From Escherichia phage VpaE1_ev035, in sequence record LR699048: 64,000 nt of DNA; one strand, given 5' to 3'. Below, in pieces: positions 52,350 to 62,758 of this stretch (position 1 is the first letter of the stretch; the number at the start of each line of letters is the position of its first letter). A model generated the notes under the pieces. The model was not told the origin of the DNA. It was given only the letters and a program-made list of their open reading frames with translations, and made no database searches. The position numbers and the translations under genes were made by a program.

Positions 52350-52371
52350 GGGGCTTTATAGCCCCTTTTTA
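52350..52371 (+). terminator. rho-independent terminator between tail fiber genes
   Basis: GGGGCT-TTAT-AGCCCC then TTTTT. Confidence 0.75.
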
Positions 52372-52385
52372 GAGGAAAATTTATA

Positions 52386-54740
52386 ATGGCAGACTACAAG
52401 TTGAGTGAATTAAACTCAATCGACACAATTCGTTCAGACGACCTTCTTCATGTCAGGGTTAAAAAGAGACCTGAAATGCTGGGTGATGAAGACCGTCGAA
52501 TGACCTATCAAGACTTCTTAGCATCTTTTAAACTAGAAAGATTTGTTCAGATTGCTGGTAGCACTATGACGGGTGACTTAGGGATTGTTAAGTTACTTTA
52601 TGGTGGTAAGGCAGTATTTGACCCAACAGGCTCTTCTGAGATTAGTATTGGGGATGTTTTAAAGACTCTTAAAATCAACGCAAACGGCCTTAAACTAACT
52701 ATTGCAGACGCTTCAAGGTCGGCAACTGTTTATCATACTTTGAATAAGCCAAGCCCTAATGAACTTGGGATGAGAACTAATGAAGAGAATGACGCAAGGT
52801 ATGCAAGACTAGCCGTGAATAATACCTTTAGAGGTACTCAAGCTATCCTCTCTGACAATGAAGCGCTCATTATTAAAAATATCACTCAAGGTGCTCCACT
52901 CTATCTTCGTGGTCAAGATGCAGATGGTACTAACAGATGGTATCTAGGTAATGATAATAGGGGTACAAATAATCTTGTATTGAAGAATGTAAAATCTGAC
53001 GTTTCAATTGCTATTTTAGAAAATTTGGTGACAGTCAACAGAACTCTTCAAATTGCTGGTCAAGTTCAGCCTTCAAGTTTTGCTAACTTAGATGCTAGAT
53101 ATTTTACCCAGACAGCAGCTAATCAAAGATTTGCACAGTTAACTGCGAATAACACTTTTACTGGCACTAACACTTTCGCTAATTTTGTTGCTAAGAAGAA
53201 TGCTGAAGCCATCACTCTTCAGAATGTGGACACTGCTCCCTCTTTATATATCCGAGCAAGAAAGTCAGATGGGAATTATAAGTGGTACATTGGTAATGAC
53301 GGTGATGAGAGTATTTTAAAAATCTATAATTATCTAACAAAAACACAAGTCTCACTAGGTAACACCATTACCATGAGCAAAACAGTTCAAATTGATGGTC
53401 AAGTACAACCTTCTGATTGGACTAATATTGACTCTAGATATATTCCAGCAGGAACTTTGGGCAACCTCCCTAAACTTAATGTGTCTAATACTTTCACAAA
53501 TGTGCAAACTATTGTATCTAACAACGAAGGTTTGGTATTAAGAAACTTGACACAGGGGAAGCCACTATATATCCGTGGTGTTGATACTGAGAATGTTTCT
53601 AGATGGTGGTTAGGTGTAGGTGGTTCAAACTCTAATGTGGTAACACTTAACAACAACTATTCTGGCACTAAAATCTCACTTGGTGGCTCATCAGTAATGA
53701 CTAATAAGAGCTTAGCTATTACTGGTCAAGTACAACCTTCTGACTTCTCTAACTTAGATGCTAGATACTATACCCAAGCTGCCGCAAACGCAAGATATAT
53801 GCTTGCAAGCATCACTGGTTCGGCTTCTGAAGCAGATGGTGGTGATGGTGTTGCATGGGATGCAAAAACAGGTCTTTATAAGGTTACTAACACCACTGGA
53901 CAGTCTTCTTCACTTGTATATCACATGTTTTTAGGGACTAGTTCTACACCATCTGCACAATTAAAGTTTTCGTTTAAAAATGGTGGGATGTGGTATAGAA
54001 CATCAAGAGATGCCTATGGCTTCGAAGTTAATTGGTCTAAAGTTTACACGGAAGCACAAAAACCAACCCCTTCAGAGATTGGTGCATACACTAAAGCTGA
54101 AACTGACCGGAAAATTGCAACAGCAATTAGTGACTCTACAGACCTTAACAAAATCTATCCAGTTGGTATTGTAACGTGGTTTAACAGTAATGTTGACCCT
54201 AATACAGCACTTCCTGGGTTAACTTGGACGTACCTGAACAATGGTGTTGGTAGAACTATCAGAGTCGCAGCAGCAAACGGTTCGGATGTTGCTACAACTG
54301 GTGGTTCAGACTCTGTAACGTTGTCTGTTGGTAACTTGCCATCACACACTCATCGTTTCTCTGCTACCACTTCATCTTTTGATTATGGTACGAAGAACAC
54401 TAATAGTACTGGCGCTCACACCCACTCAGTTAGTGGTACTGCTGCATCTGCTGGGCAACACGCACACAGAATTTCACAGGGTGACAACGCTAACGTTCCA
54501 TCAGGTAGAGTTGCATCTTCGAACTCTGCTCAGACCCATGTTGGTTGGACTGAAAATGATGGTGCTCACACCCACTCAGTTAGTGGTACTGCTGCATCTG
54601 CTGGTGGACATGCTCATTCTGTAGGTATTGGTGCTCACAGTCACACAGTTAGTGGTAAAACTGGTGGTACAGGTTCTGGTTCAGCATTTAGTGTTACTAA
54701 CCAGTTCTACAAGTTAATGGCTTGGGTAAGAACTGCTTAA
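52386..54740 (+). CDS. long tail fiber protein with internal repeats and His-rich (HxH) tip
   Basis: Three ~100-aa internal repeats (PLY(L/I)RG...W(Y/W)LG...QI(A/D)GQVQPS(D/S)(F/W)(S/A/T)N(L/I)D(A/S)RY); C-terminal SFDYGTKNTNSTGAHTHSVSGTAASAG.HAH repeats homologous to the tip of 51167-52339. Confidence 0.75.
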   Translation: MADYKLSELNSIDTIRSDDLLHVRVKKRPEMLGDEDRRMTYQDFLASFKLERFVQIAGSTMTGDLGIVKLLYGGKAVFDPTGSSEISIGDVLKTLKINANGLKLTIADASRSATVYHTLNKPSPNELGMRTNEENDARYARLAVNNTFRGTQAILSDNEALIIKNITQGAPLYLRGQDADGTNRWYLGNDNRGTNNLVLKNVKSDVSIAILENLVTVNRTLQIAGQVQPSSFANLDARYFTQTAANQRFAQLTANNTFTGTNTFANFVAKKNAEAITLQNVDTAPSLYIRARKSDGNYKWYIGNDGDESILKIYNYLTKTQVSLGNTITMSKTVQIDGQVQPSDWTNIDSRYIPAGTLGNLPKLNVSNTFTNVQTIVSNNEGLVLRNLTQGKPLYIRGVDTENVSRWWLGVGGSNSNVVTLNNNYSGTKISLGGSSVMTNKSLAITGQVQPSDFSNLDARYYTQAAANARYMLASITGSASEADGGDGVAWDAKTGLYKVTNTTGQSSSLVYHMFLGTSSTPSAQLKFSFKNGGMWYRTSRDAYGFEVNWSKVYTEAQKPTPSEIGAYTKAETDRKIATAISDSTDLNKIYPVGIVTWFNSNVDPNTALPGLTWTYLNNGVGRTIRVAAANGSDVATTGGSDSVTLSVGNLPSHTHRFSATTSSFDYGTKNTNSTGAHTHSVSGTAASAGQHAHRISQGDNANVPSGRVASSNSAQTHVGWTENDGAHTHSVSGTAASAGGHAHSVGIGAHSHTVSGKTGGTGSGSAFSVTNQFYKLMAWVRTA

Positions 54741-54819
54741 TCCCTTGTTGACTGATTGTTAAGATGGTGTTAATATTCTTTATGGGTATTCTCACCATCT
54801 TGGCTGATGAGGTGATTAA

Positions 54820-55017
54820 ATGCCTACAATCCTAGCAATTCTTCTAAAAAATCTAGGCAGCTTCTTCTGGAAACTCATTTTATCCCTTCTAAGTGAATAC
54901 ATGATTGAGAAAGTGTTCTTTAAGCTTGCAAGATACCTTGCGAGTAAAACAGACACACCTATTGATGATGAGTTCGTAGATAACTTAGAAAAAGCTTTTA
55001 AGGGGGAGAATAAATGA
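54820..55017 (+). CDS. small hydrophobic protein (holin-like candidate)
   Basis: 65 aa, hydrophobic N-terminal segment ILAILLKNLGSFFWKLILSLL. Confidence 0.3.
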   Translation: MPTILAILLKNLGSFFWKLILSLLSEYMIEKVFFKLARYLASKTDTPIDDEFVDNLEKAFKGENK

Positions 55018-55385
55018 AGTGGCTAGAGGAAGCTTTTAAAAATAATATTGGTGCAATTGTAGTTGGTATTTTTAGTGTTATTGGGATGTATACCACGATG
55101 CAAGTTTCAAGTGGTAAACAAGAAGTGTCTGTCACAACAAAGTTACAGCAGCTAGATAATTATTCCAAAAGTAACTATTCAGCTATTCGTGATTTACAGT
55201 CTGACATGAGACTGATTCAGCTAGGGATGGAGAACCAGAAAGTTCAGTTAGAGAATGTTAAGGGTGAAAACGCAAAACTTACCAAAACTCTTGATAAATT
55301 CTCTGACAGTGTGAACAATCTGGCTCAATCAGTATCAGCCTTGCAAGCTATTACTGAGAAGAACACAAAGAATACTGAAAAATAA
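55014..55385 (+). CDS. membrane-anchored coiled-coil protein
   Basis: N-terminal TM IGAIVVGIFSVIGMY followed by coiled-coil; start overlaps upstream stop. Confidence 0.4.
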   Translation: MKWLEEAFKNNIGAIVVGIFSVIGMYTTMQVSSGKQEVSVTTKLQQLDNYSKSNYSAIRDLQSDMRLIQLGMENQKVQLENVKGENAKLTKTLDKFSDSVNNLAQSVSALQAITEKNTKNTEK

Positions 55386-55391
55386 AATTTT

Positions 55392-55421
55392 AAGGCTCCT
55401 TTTTACGGGAGCCTTTTTTGT
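55392..55421 (+). terminator. rho-independent terminator at end of late (+) module
   Basis: AAGGCTCC-TTTTTAC-GGGAGCCTT then TTTTTG; convergent with thymidylate synthase gene. Confidence 0.75.
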
Positions 55422-55422
55422 T

Positions 55423-56322
55423 TTACTTGCCTACTGACAGAGGTGCTTCAATCTTCCCTGCATGTTGGTAGTTGTTAATACCACCAATAAAGTCACTTGC
55501 AGTAAGGTGTTTTAGGTCACTTAGTGTGTTAAGCTGCACACCAATCTCAAAAGTAGGTGCATGGAACTCTTTATTGTTCATCAGTTCATAAACCTGCTTC
55601 ATATGATTCTGATAAATCTGAGTGTCTCCAAAGACACCTATCAAGTATCGTGGAGTGTATCCAGTCATCTTACAAAGAACTTCTAAGATGAAGCCATAAG
55701 ACGCAATATTAAACGGAAGCCCTAAAAAGGTGTCTACAGAACGTTGATACCATTGCAAATCCACTTCACCTTCGTTAGTGATATAAATCTGAAACAGTAC
55801 ATGACAAGGTGCTAAAGCCATCGAATTAGCTGCAATATCTGCTGCATTCCAAGCATTAACAAGCATGTAGCGGTCTGTGATATCACCTTTCATCTTCGTT
55901 ACTAAGGTTTCTAACTGGTCTACAACACAACCATTATGACCTTCAAAGTTTCTCCACTGAACCCCGTAGATTCTCCCACCTGCATCTTCTAACCAGTCTT
56001 GTTCAGAAGAATAGTTAGAGCTTAACCAGCGTTTAAAATCATCTGACCAGATAGTCCAGCGTTCCCCATCATTTTCACCCCAAGTACGGTAACGGAGTTC
56101 ACCAAGTTTATTCTCACCGTTCAGGAACCATAAAGCTTCCCCAATAACTTGCCGTGTAAACACCTGTTTAGATGTTAAGAGTGGGAAACCAGTTCTCATA
56201 TCAAAACGAAATTGTGGTGGAGCAAATGCAGAGATAACGTCTCCAGTTCGTGTAGTACGCAGTTCACCAACGGATAGAACATGGTTCAGAATATTTTTGT
56301 AACTTGAATCTGCTTGTGACAT
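55423..56322 (-). CDS. thyA: thymidylate synthase
   Basis: Conserved blocks including active-site ALAPCH and LGLPFNIASYGFIL. Confidence 0.93.
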   Translation of the reverse strand: MSQADSSYKNILNHVLSVGELRTTRTGDVISAFAPPQFRFDMRTGFPLLTSKQVFTRQVIGEALWFLNGENKLGELRYRTWGENDGERWTIWSDDFKRWLSSNYSSEQDWLEDAGGRIYGVQWRNFEGHNGCVVDQLETLVTKMKGDITDRYMLVNAWNAADIAANSMALAPCHVLFQIYITNEGEVDLQWYQRSVDTFLGLPFNIASYGFILEVLCKMTGYTPRYLIGVFGDTQIYQNHMKQVYELMNNKEFHAPTFEIGVQLNTLSDLKHLTASDFIGGINNYQHAGKIEAPLSVGK

Positions 56323-56323
56323 A

Positions 56324-56869
56324 TCAAAAGTGTCCTTTTACTTGTGGAACATAAATTTCAAAGGTTGCTTTACCATCATCTGAGGGTCTTGACTGCACCT
56401 TTGCAAATACACGGCTATCATACAATTTATCGAAGAAGTTTTCAAAAGGTAAATACACAGTGGCCTCTTCAGTGACTTTATGGAAAACTGTATGGAAAAC
56501 CACACCAGCATACGGCAAAGCATCGACAAGAACACCTGCACCACCAATTACAAAGACATCTTCATCAATAGAGCTGTCAAGATACTTCAAAAATGCTCCA
56601 AAGGATTCTTTACTAGCCTTAGCATACATTACATCGTCTTTGTCAAAGTCTATACCCAAATATGGAACAGAGTTCGTTAAGACGAGGTTTGTACGTTCTG
56701 GTAATGGTTTGCTACCCAGAGTCTTAAAAGTTTCATTACCCATGACTACTAAGTTATCTTTAGTGAGTCTCTTAAACTCTTGCATATCCTGTTTATGTCG
56801 AGGCCACGGCATACCAGTTGGAGTACCAAACTCCCCATTTTCACCACTTGCAAAGATTAATTTAATCAT
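56324..56869 (-). CDS. folA: dihydrofolate reductase
   Basis: N-terminal IKLIFASGENGEFG, GMPWP motif, VVMG...F; adjacent to thymidylate synthase. Confidence 0.88.
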   Translation of the reverse strand: MIKLIFASGENGEFGTPTGMPWPRHKQDMQEFKRLTKDNLVVMGNETFKTLGSKPLPERTNLVLTNSVPYLGIDFDKDDVMYAKASKESFGAFLKYLDSSIDEDVFVIGGAGVLVDALPYAGVVFHTVFHKVTEEATVYLPFENFFDKLYDSRVFAKVQSRPSDDGKATFEIYVPQVKGHF

Positions 56870-57126
56870 TTTGTAAATCCTTTCTTAATGAACCAGTTGA
56901 TAACACTCTTCACAGCTTTATTGCTATGGTAGATTAAGTGTGGTGTAGGTTGGTATGAACCATAAGCCCAGAAAGCAATGATTTCATTACATCCTGTACA
57001 CCTTGTACTCTCTTCAGCAATATGACCGTTGACTATTTCACTTACCTCGCCTTGTAAGTCTGTACACCCACAATGTGGACATCGGATAGGTGTTCCATCA
57101 GACTCATAGCAGTGTTCAATTTTCAT
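56866..57126 (-). CDS. small zinc-ribbon protein
   Basis: CPHCGC ... CTGCNE Cys pairs. Confidence 0.45.
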   Translation of the reverse strand: MKIEHCYESDGTPIRCPHCGCTDLQGEVSEIVNGHIAEESTRCTGCNEIIAFWAYGSYQPTPHLIYHSNKAVKSVINWFIKKGFTK

Positions 57127-57642
57127 CTATTTAACCTCAAAAACTGGCTCAAGAACCAATATAAAGTCTACACAGTCATCTTCTTCATCCAGAATACCAT
57201 CAAAGTTCTTAGGAACGAAGTCGAAGAGGCTCATAACAAAACAGTCAGAAGTGACCTTAATAGTTCCTCCCATGTTCTCTACAGTTAACACTGTACGACT
57301 TTCTTTTACCTCCCTCAGAAGATTACCCACAAAGTCATCTAAGAAATACTTCATCAGTGACTTGAAACCTTTAGGGTAATCTGTACCAGAGTATGTTTCA
57401 ATCTGAGGAACAAGTTTAACATTTATACTCGTCTTTGTTAAGAACGTGCTAGAGAACATACTATCAGGTAACTTACAAACAGTCTTTCCAGTACCTTCAT
57501 GCTCAATCTCAACAAAACCAGCTTCATCGCCACATGTAACTATTTTAAAAGATGCTTCATTCTCATACTGTGAAGCCATAAACTTTTTAAGCATCTCTTT
57601 AAGGAAATCTGCATGAGCATCTTGTAAGTAGATATCAATCAT
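57127..57642 (-). CDS. hypothetical protein
   Basis: ORF track, 171 aa. Confidence 0.5.
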   Translation of the reverse strand: MIDIYLQDAHADFLKEMLKKFMASQYENEASFKIVTCGDEAGFVEIEHEGTGKTVCKLPDSMFSSTFLTKTSINVKLVPQIETYSGTDYPKGFKSLMKYFLDDFVGNLLREVKESRTVLTVENMGGTIKVTSDCFVMSLFDFVPKNFDGILDEEDDCVDFILVLEPVFEVK

Positions 57643-57655
57643 AGTTAATCACCTA

Positions 57656-58015
57656 TTATGGGAACAGACACTTAATGTCATCGTTTTTGAAAACGAAGCT
57701 TGTGTAGTTGTGACCATCAACATCCAACCAAACAGCCTGAACATCTACACCATCAAGATTCTGGTAAAGCTCTTTGATGAAGTGGTCTTTCACAATCTGA
57801 CTGCTAGTTGTTTCCAGCTTAATGTTCGAGATTGCTGAACCTACAGCCATATAGCCCATGACACGTTTCTTCTCAGTATGCTTAATCTTACCATCTTTGT
57901 AAGCCATAATGAGATTGGAGAGAATCTTCACACCATAATACTTTTCAAGGTGAGTTGGTACGCCATAAAAGCCTAATGCGAAGTTTTCAGAGTGGATAAT
58001 GTTTTCACGTTTCAT
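57656..58015 (-). CDS. hypothetical protein
   Basis: ORF track, 119 aa. Confidence 0.5.
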   Translation of the reverse strand: MKRENIIHSENFALGFYGVPTHLEKYYGVKILSNLIMAYKDGKIKHTEKKRVMGYMAVGSAISNIKLETTSSQIVKDHFIKELYQNLDGVDVQAVWLDVDGHNYTSFVFKNDDIKCLFP

Positions 58016-58016
58016 A

Positions 58017-58346
58017 TTAATCTGCCAACCTTAAATTGAAATTAACACCAAATTTTTCACATACTTCCAACATATACTCAAGGGAGACGTTACCAGTGAG
58101 ATGGATTATGTTGGATACACGAGCCTGAGAGATACCACAAATTTTAGCAACTTGCTCTTGAGAAAGACCTCTGGATTTAATCTCTCTCTTAAAACGATGT
58201 GCAACGAAGTCTCTCATTTCGTCTACATCCATTGGACAAATATAACTCTCCATTTCAGCCTCTCTATCAGCCTCCCAATCATCTTGTGGGGCATAAGGGT
58301 CAAAAACCTCATTCATCTTTCTTCTTCCGTTTGCGTGAAGTGTCAA
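58017..58346 (-). CDS. helix-turn-helix DNA-binding protein
   Basis: HTH-like segment LSQEQVAKICGISQARVSNIIH. Confidence 0.55.
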   Translation of the reverse strand: MTLHANGRRKMNEVFDPYAPQDDWEADREAEMESYICPMDVDEMRDFVAHRFKREIKSRGLSQEQVAKICGISQARVSNIIHLTGNVSLEYMLEVCEKFGVNFNLRLAD

Positions 58347-58521
58347 TCAATGAATCTATGTTTGTAGCCCTAACCTTTTCACGTTCATCATTAAGATAAT
58401 CATCAAGAGCCTTTTCAATCTGTGAATCATCTTGACAGATAACTGTAAAGACTGTAAATCCGTCTGTATCGTCAATTATCTTACCATAACCGCTTCTGGG
58501 ATGTAACTTTTTAAGAGCCAT
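58309..58521 (-). CDS. hypothetical small protein
   Basis: ORF track, 70 aa. Confidence 0.35.
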   Translation of the reverse strand: MALKKLHPRSGYGKIIDDTDGFTVFTVICQDDSQIEKALDDYLNDEREKVRATNIDSLIDTSRKRKKKDE

Positions 58522-58522
58522 A

Positions 58523-58906
58523 TCAAATACCTGTGCAGCTTCTGTTTTCTAAGAAATACTCCACACCATACATAGCTTTTTGCATTAAATCTTCTTTAAA
58601 CTGGATACGATGATTGAGCATAGCCTGTACATCAATATCATCAGGGTGCTTCTCTTTAATGTTTGCAGATTGCAGGAAGTACTCTGCAAGAACGCGATAC
58701 TGGTAGTCAGTCACCTTATCAGTCATCTCTGTCAAAGACTCTTCAGAGATGGGTTTAAGTAACTCACCATTAGCTAGAGCAACACCTTTTACAATCTGGC
58801 AAGTGTCTTCTGGAACACCTGATAAGTCCACATTTGGAAGTTCTGTTGCATTGACTGGTAAATTCATTGCCATAACCATTGCAGCAGCTAATAAAATCTT
58901 TTTCAT
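58523..58906 (-). CDS. secreted/periplasmic protein with signal peptide
   Basis: N-terminus MKKILLAAAMVMAMNLPVNA. Confidence 0.5.
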   Translation of the reverse strand: MKKILLAAAMVMAMNLPVNATELPNVDLSGVPEDTCQIVKGVALANGELLKPISEESLTEMTDKVTDYQYRVLAEYFLQSANIKEKHPDDIDVQAMLNHRIQFKEDLMQKAMYGVEYFLENRSCTGI

Positions 58907-59127
58907 AATGACCTCAAAGTTATATTAAATTTTGTATTACATTGAGTATAAAAATAAGCTATAACACCTGACTTGTCAACAGATTTTATAGCTTATTTGG
59001 CAGATTTTTTATAAGGCTACTGCCATCCTTCCATACCAAACCTCACCTGACCTCGCCTAACCCTACCTTACTCCACCATACAGCACCTTATTAAAACACC
59101 CTGTTTAAAGACCTTTTAAAAAGGTAA

Positions 59128-59165
59128 GTCTCATTTTAATGTAGCTGAGACTAACTACCCATACC
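59128..59165. repeat. hairpin element copy 1 (GTCTC-ATTTTAATGTAGCT-GAGAC + AACTACCCATACC)
   Basis: Inverted repeat with conserved 14-nt loop. Confidence 0.55.
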
Positions 59166-59258
59166 TCACCCTACCAGACCCTACCAGACCAGACCTTACC
59201 CTACCAGACCCTACCGAACATCACTTAAAAACCCTCTTAGAAGACTCTTAAGTGATGT

Positions 59259-59297
59259 AATCGAATTTTAATGTAGCTCCGATTAACTACCCATACC
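59259..59297. repeat. hairpin element copy 2 (AATCG-AATTTTAATGTAGCTC-CGATT + AACTACCCATACC)
   Basis: Same loop and tail as copy 1 but stem arms changed in a compensatory way. Confidence 0.55.
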
Positions 59298-59375
59298 TCA
59301 CCTCACCCAACCATACCATGCCTTGCCAGACCGCACCTTACCTCATTAAAAGACCCTCTTAAAAGACCTTTTAAA

Positions 59376-59396
59376 AAGGAGCCTCCGAAGAGGCTA
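59376..59396 (-). terminator. rho-independent terminator (minus strand)
   Basis: GAGCCTC-CGAA-GAGGCT hairpin; on minus strand followed by U5. Confidence 0.55.
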
Positions 59397-59405
59397 CTAG
59401 TCAAC

Positions 59406-59846
59406 TTAGAAAGGTTTTCTACGTTGCTTGTTAATGTTAGCTTTCATAGCAGCTAAATGGTTTTGCTGTTCAATCAGTCGTGAACGTTCTTGATGACTAA
59501 GCGCCATAGTGTTCACATTCTCAATTGCTTGAGTGGCTTGCTTTAAAGCTCGACCAATCTTACCAGACATTTTGCGTTTTGCAATAGTTGCTTGATGCTT
59601 AGGTTCAACCACACGATAACCAACACCCATTGAAGCAACCAGATAAATCTTCTCTTCTTTAAGAAGCTTTTCAATAAACTTCTCAAGTCGGTTTAGACGT
59701 GTAAGTGCATAAGCCTTCATTTCATCTTCGTACTTAACAATGTCACCTTGATAAGTTGGCTTCACAATACCTAAGAAGGTGTCCATCTCGGAATGTGATA
59801 CAGTGTCGCCGTAACTAAACTTTGCTGCTAATGCTTTTGTATTCAT
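59406..59846 (-). CDS. hypothetical protein (first gene of repeat-flanked two-gene module)
   Basis: ORF track, 146 aa, basic C-terminus. Confidence 0.5.
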   Translation of the reverse strand: MNTKALAAKFSYGDTVSHSEMDTFLGIVKPTYQGDIVKYEDEMKAYALTRLNRLEKFIEKLLKEEKIYLVASMGVGYRVVEPKHQATIAKRKMSGKIGRALKQATQAIENVNTMALSHQERSRLIEQQNHLAAMKANINKQRRKPF

Positions 59847-59848
59847 AA

Positions 59849-60454
<606 letters not shown>

Positions 60455-60499
60455 TTAGTTGATTGTTAAGTTGTTTGTAAAGAACCCTCAACAGAAGAC

Positions 60500-60850
60500 T
60501 CTTTAGAAACTTGGTAGATTTTTAACGTGGCTACTACCATCCACCCATACCTCACATCACCATACCATACCATACCATACCTGACCGGACCTAACCAAAC
60601 TCCACAGCACCATACATCACATCACACAACCTTATTAAAAGACCCTGTTTAAAGACCCTTTAAAAAGGTAAGTCTCATTTTAATGTAGCTGAGACTAACT
60701 ACCCATACCAAACAGCACCGCACTATGCCTTACCCCACCTCACCGAGCCTCGCCCCACATCACTTAAAAACCCTTTTCAAAGACTCTTAAGGGATGTTGG
60801 TGAGTACCCGTTGGTTTATGCTGCTCAGTATACTCACCAAATTTTCTATG
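60500..60850. repeat. intergenic repeat region B (direct repeat of region A), with (CCATA)n microsatellite
   Basis: CCATACCATACCATACCATACC; same conserved blocks and hairpin element as region A. Confidence 0.65.
60672..60708. repeat. hairpin element copy 3 (identical to copy 1)
   Basis: GTCTCATTTTAATGTAGCTGAGACTAACTACCCATACC. Confidence 0.55.
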
Positions 60851-60861
60851 TCAACAACTTT

Positions 60862-61962
60862 TTACTCATAATCCCTAATAACTAACCCAACAGGGAACTG
60901 TAAAGACCCCTTACGAGTCATCTTCTGGAACTGAACCGTTAAAGGCTTCCCGATAAACTCTTCAGGATGCTCAGCCAGATACTGCTTTTTCTCATGAGTG
61001 GTTTTCCATGAGACATCTACAAAGACGTTAGGAAGAGTCTCTACAACGAACTTACCATGACCACGTTTATCAGTCTTTACACCAGTTACTTTAAACTCTT
61101 CAGTGTGCATCTTCTTGTGCTTAATCAAGAAGTATGAACGGTGACAACACTCATAGAAGGAGTCTTCAGAGATTGAACGGTACATTGCACCTTCAAACTT
61201 AGCTTCAACCCACTTATCATGAGCTTCATCAAATTCTTCCCAAGAATTTACACGGATAGTCTGCACAGGAACAACTCTACAGGTATCCCCAAGCTCAACA
61301 ATAGGTGAGTTATCAATAACTTCACGACGCTCAGGCCAAGATTTTGAATTGTCACAGATATCATACCAGTAGAATTTAAGAAGGTGACGGTCTGGATTGT
61401 CAGCATTCTTAATCATAGACACAATATCTTCTAAGTCCCAACCATGAGCATAAATCTCTCCATCAAAGTCTTCAACTTGCGGATGTAATTTAAGCAACAA
61501 AAGTAAGTCTGGTATTAGTTCTGCTGGAACGTTGTAAACAGTATTCTCACGAGAATAAGCTGTGAAACCGACTGAATCAGCATCTCTTGAAATTCTACAA
61601 CGTACACCATCCAGTTTCGGTTGAGCATCAGCAGGGAACTTCAGATACTTTGCATGACTAACCTTTGCAGCATCATGAGCAAGCTGTACACCTACCTTCT
61701 CAGTATTCTGTGCAGACTCTTTTGTGTAAGCATACCCTTTACGGTCAACTTGCTTTTTATACTTAGCAGCAACTTCAAAGAGAGCTTGCTGTTCAGCATT
61801 ACGCTCATTCTTTTTACCGATGTTTTTAGGTTCTGCTGTATACTCTTCAAACATCATCTTGCCATTTTCTTTGCCATAGGTTGTAATAACCTTGTCACCT
61901 ACAGCAGTACATGACCAGATGTTAAAAGAGCCATCTTTATTTTGTTTGTACAGTATTGTCAT
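60862..61962 (-). CDS. ATP-dependent DNA ligase
   Basis: Motif I PKLDGVRC (KxDG), motif III FDGEIY, motif V EGAMYR; ATG at 61960-61962 with AGAGGA RBS (track frame starts at 61998). Confidence 0.85.
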   Translation of the reverse strand: MTILYKQNKDGSFNIWSCTAVGDKVITTYGKENGKMMFEEYTAEPKNIGKKNERNAEQQALFEVAAKYKKQVDRKGYAYTKESAQNTEKVGVQLAHDAAKVSHAKYLKFPADAQPKLDGVRCRISRDADSVGFTAYSRENTVYNVPAELIPDLLLLLKLHPQVEDFDGEIYAHGWDLEDIVSMIKNADNPDRHLLKFYWYDICDNSKSWPERREVIDNSPIVELGDTCRVVPVQTIRVNSWEEFDEAHDKWVEAKFEGAMYRSISEDSFYECCHRSYFLIKHKKMHTEEFKVTGVKTDKRGHGKFVVETLPNVFVDVSWKTTHEKKQYLAEHPEEFIGKPLTVQFQKMTRKGSLQFPVGLVIRDYE

Positions 61963-61963
61963 T

Positions 61964-62155
61964 TTATTCCTCTGAGTGATACCAAGTATTGCAAGCATTA
62001 CATGCGTAAAGCTCTAAATCATTTTTATCTGGTTTATGAAAACAGTTTGCTCCGCAGTGGCAACGAAACGGTTTTCCACCAACTGTCAGGATGAAGGATT
62101 GAACCTTTCCATCAGGAGTTCGTACAGCATTTTTATGCTTATCTTCTTTGTTCAT
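61964..62155 (-). CDS. small zinc-finger protein
   Basis: CHCGANC ... CNAC Cys clusters. Confidence 0.4.
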   Translation of the reverse strand: MNKEDKHKNAVRTPDGKVQSFILTVGGKPFRCHCGANCFHKPDKNDLELYACNACNTWYHSEE

Positions 62156-62457
62156 TTTCTCTTACCACCAATCTCTACGTCAATCACTTGAACATCACCA
62201 GCAACATCGAACTTATGAATGATGCTTTCCACAGTGTAAGTCCAACCCTCGATTCGAACCAACTCACCTTCTCGTGGAACTATTGGATTACGTTGAGCTA
62301 CGGTTGTAGTGGAGTGAACAACATCATAACAGTAGATATAGTTTACTAGGACTTCCATCTTGAGCACCTCACTCAATAACAGTAGTGTGTGATTGACCAT
62401 TTTTGCCATAGCTATAAGATGTTGTTGTTTGAGAGTTTGGACACCTGACAACAACAA
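62152..62457 (-). CDS. hypothetical protein
   Basis: ORF track, 101 aa. Confidence 0.4.
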   Translation of the reverse strand: MLLSGVQTLKQQHLIAMAKMVNHTLLLLSEVLKMEVLVNYIYCYDVVHSTTTVAQRNPIVPREGELVRIEGWTYTVESIIHKFDVAGDVQVIDVEIGGKRK

Positions 62458-62626
62458 TGTCTCTGCTTATGGCATCACCATGTAACTTATAGACTCTGCA
62501 ATCTTGCATCTCTGGTGGGAGGCTATAAGAAGCGTTTTTGTCCTCGTAAGAGGGATTACAGCCAGATAGAAAAATTACTCCAAGTGCAACCATTGCTTTC
62601 ACACAACTCTCAACCTTATTGTTCAC
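62369..62626 (-). CDS. putative lipoprotein
   Basis: Signal + lipobox FLSGC; overlaps 62152-62457 in another frame so one of the two may be spurious. Confidence 0.35.
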   Translation of the reverse strand: MNNKVESCVKAMVALGVIFLSGCNPSYEDKNASYSLPPEMQDCRVYKLHGDAISRDIVVVRCPNSQTTTSYSYGKNGQSHTTVIE

Positions 62627-62758
62627 GATAGTCTACCTCTCTGTATGTTTTTAAATAGTGAGTGATGAGTTCTGGTAATTCACTACGTTTAACGTTTGAA
62701 CGAAGAAGTGTCCAGTCAAAACCTTTACCAACCCTTCCCCAGAGACTGTACATTTTCT

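Larger units (their letters stand above)
58985..59400. repeat. intergenic repeat region A: strand-asymmetric CA-rich low-complexity sequence plus conserved blocks shared with 60500-60850
   Basis: CCATACC/CCTACC/CCTCACC runs nearly devoid of G on the + strand; shared blocks CCTTATTAAAA.ACCCTGTTTAAAGACC and CATCACTTAAAAACCCT. Confidence 0.65.
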
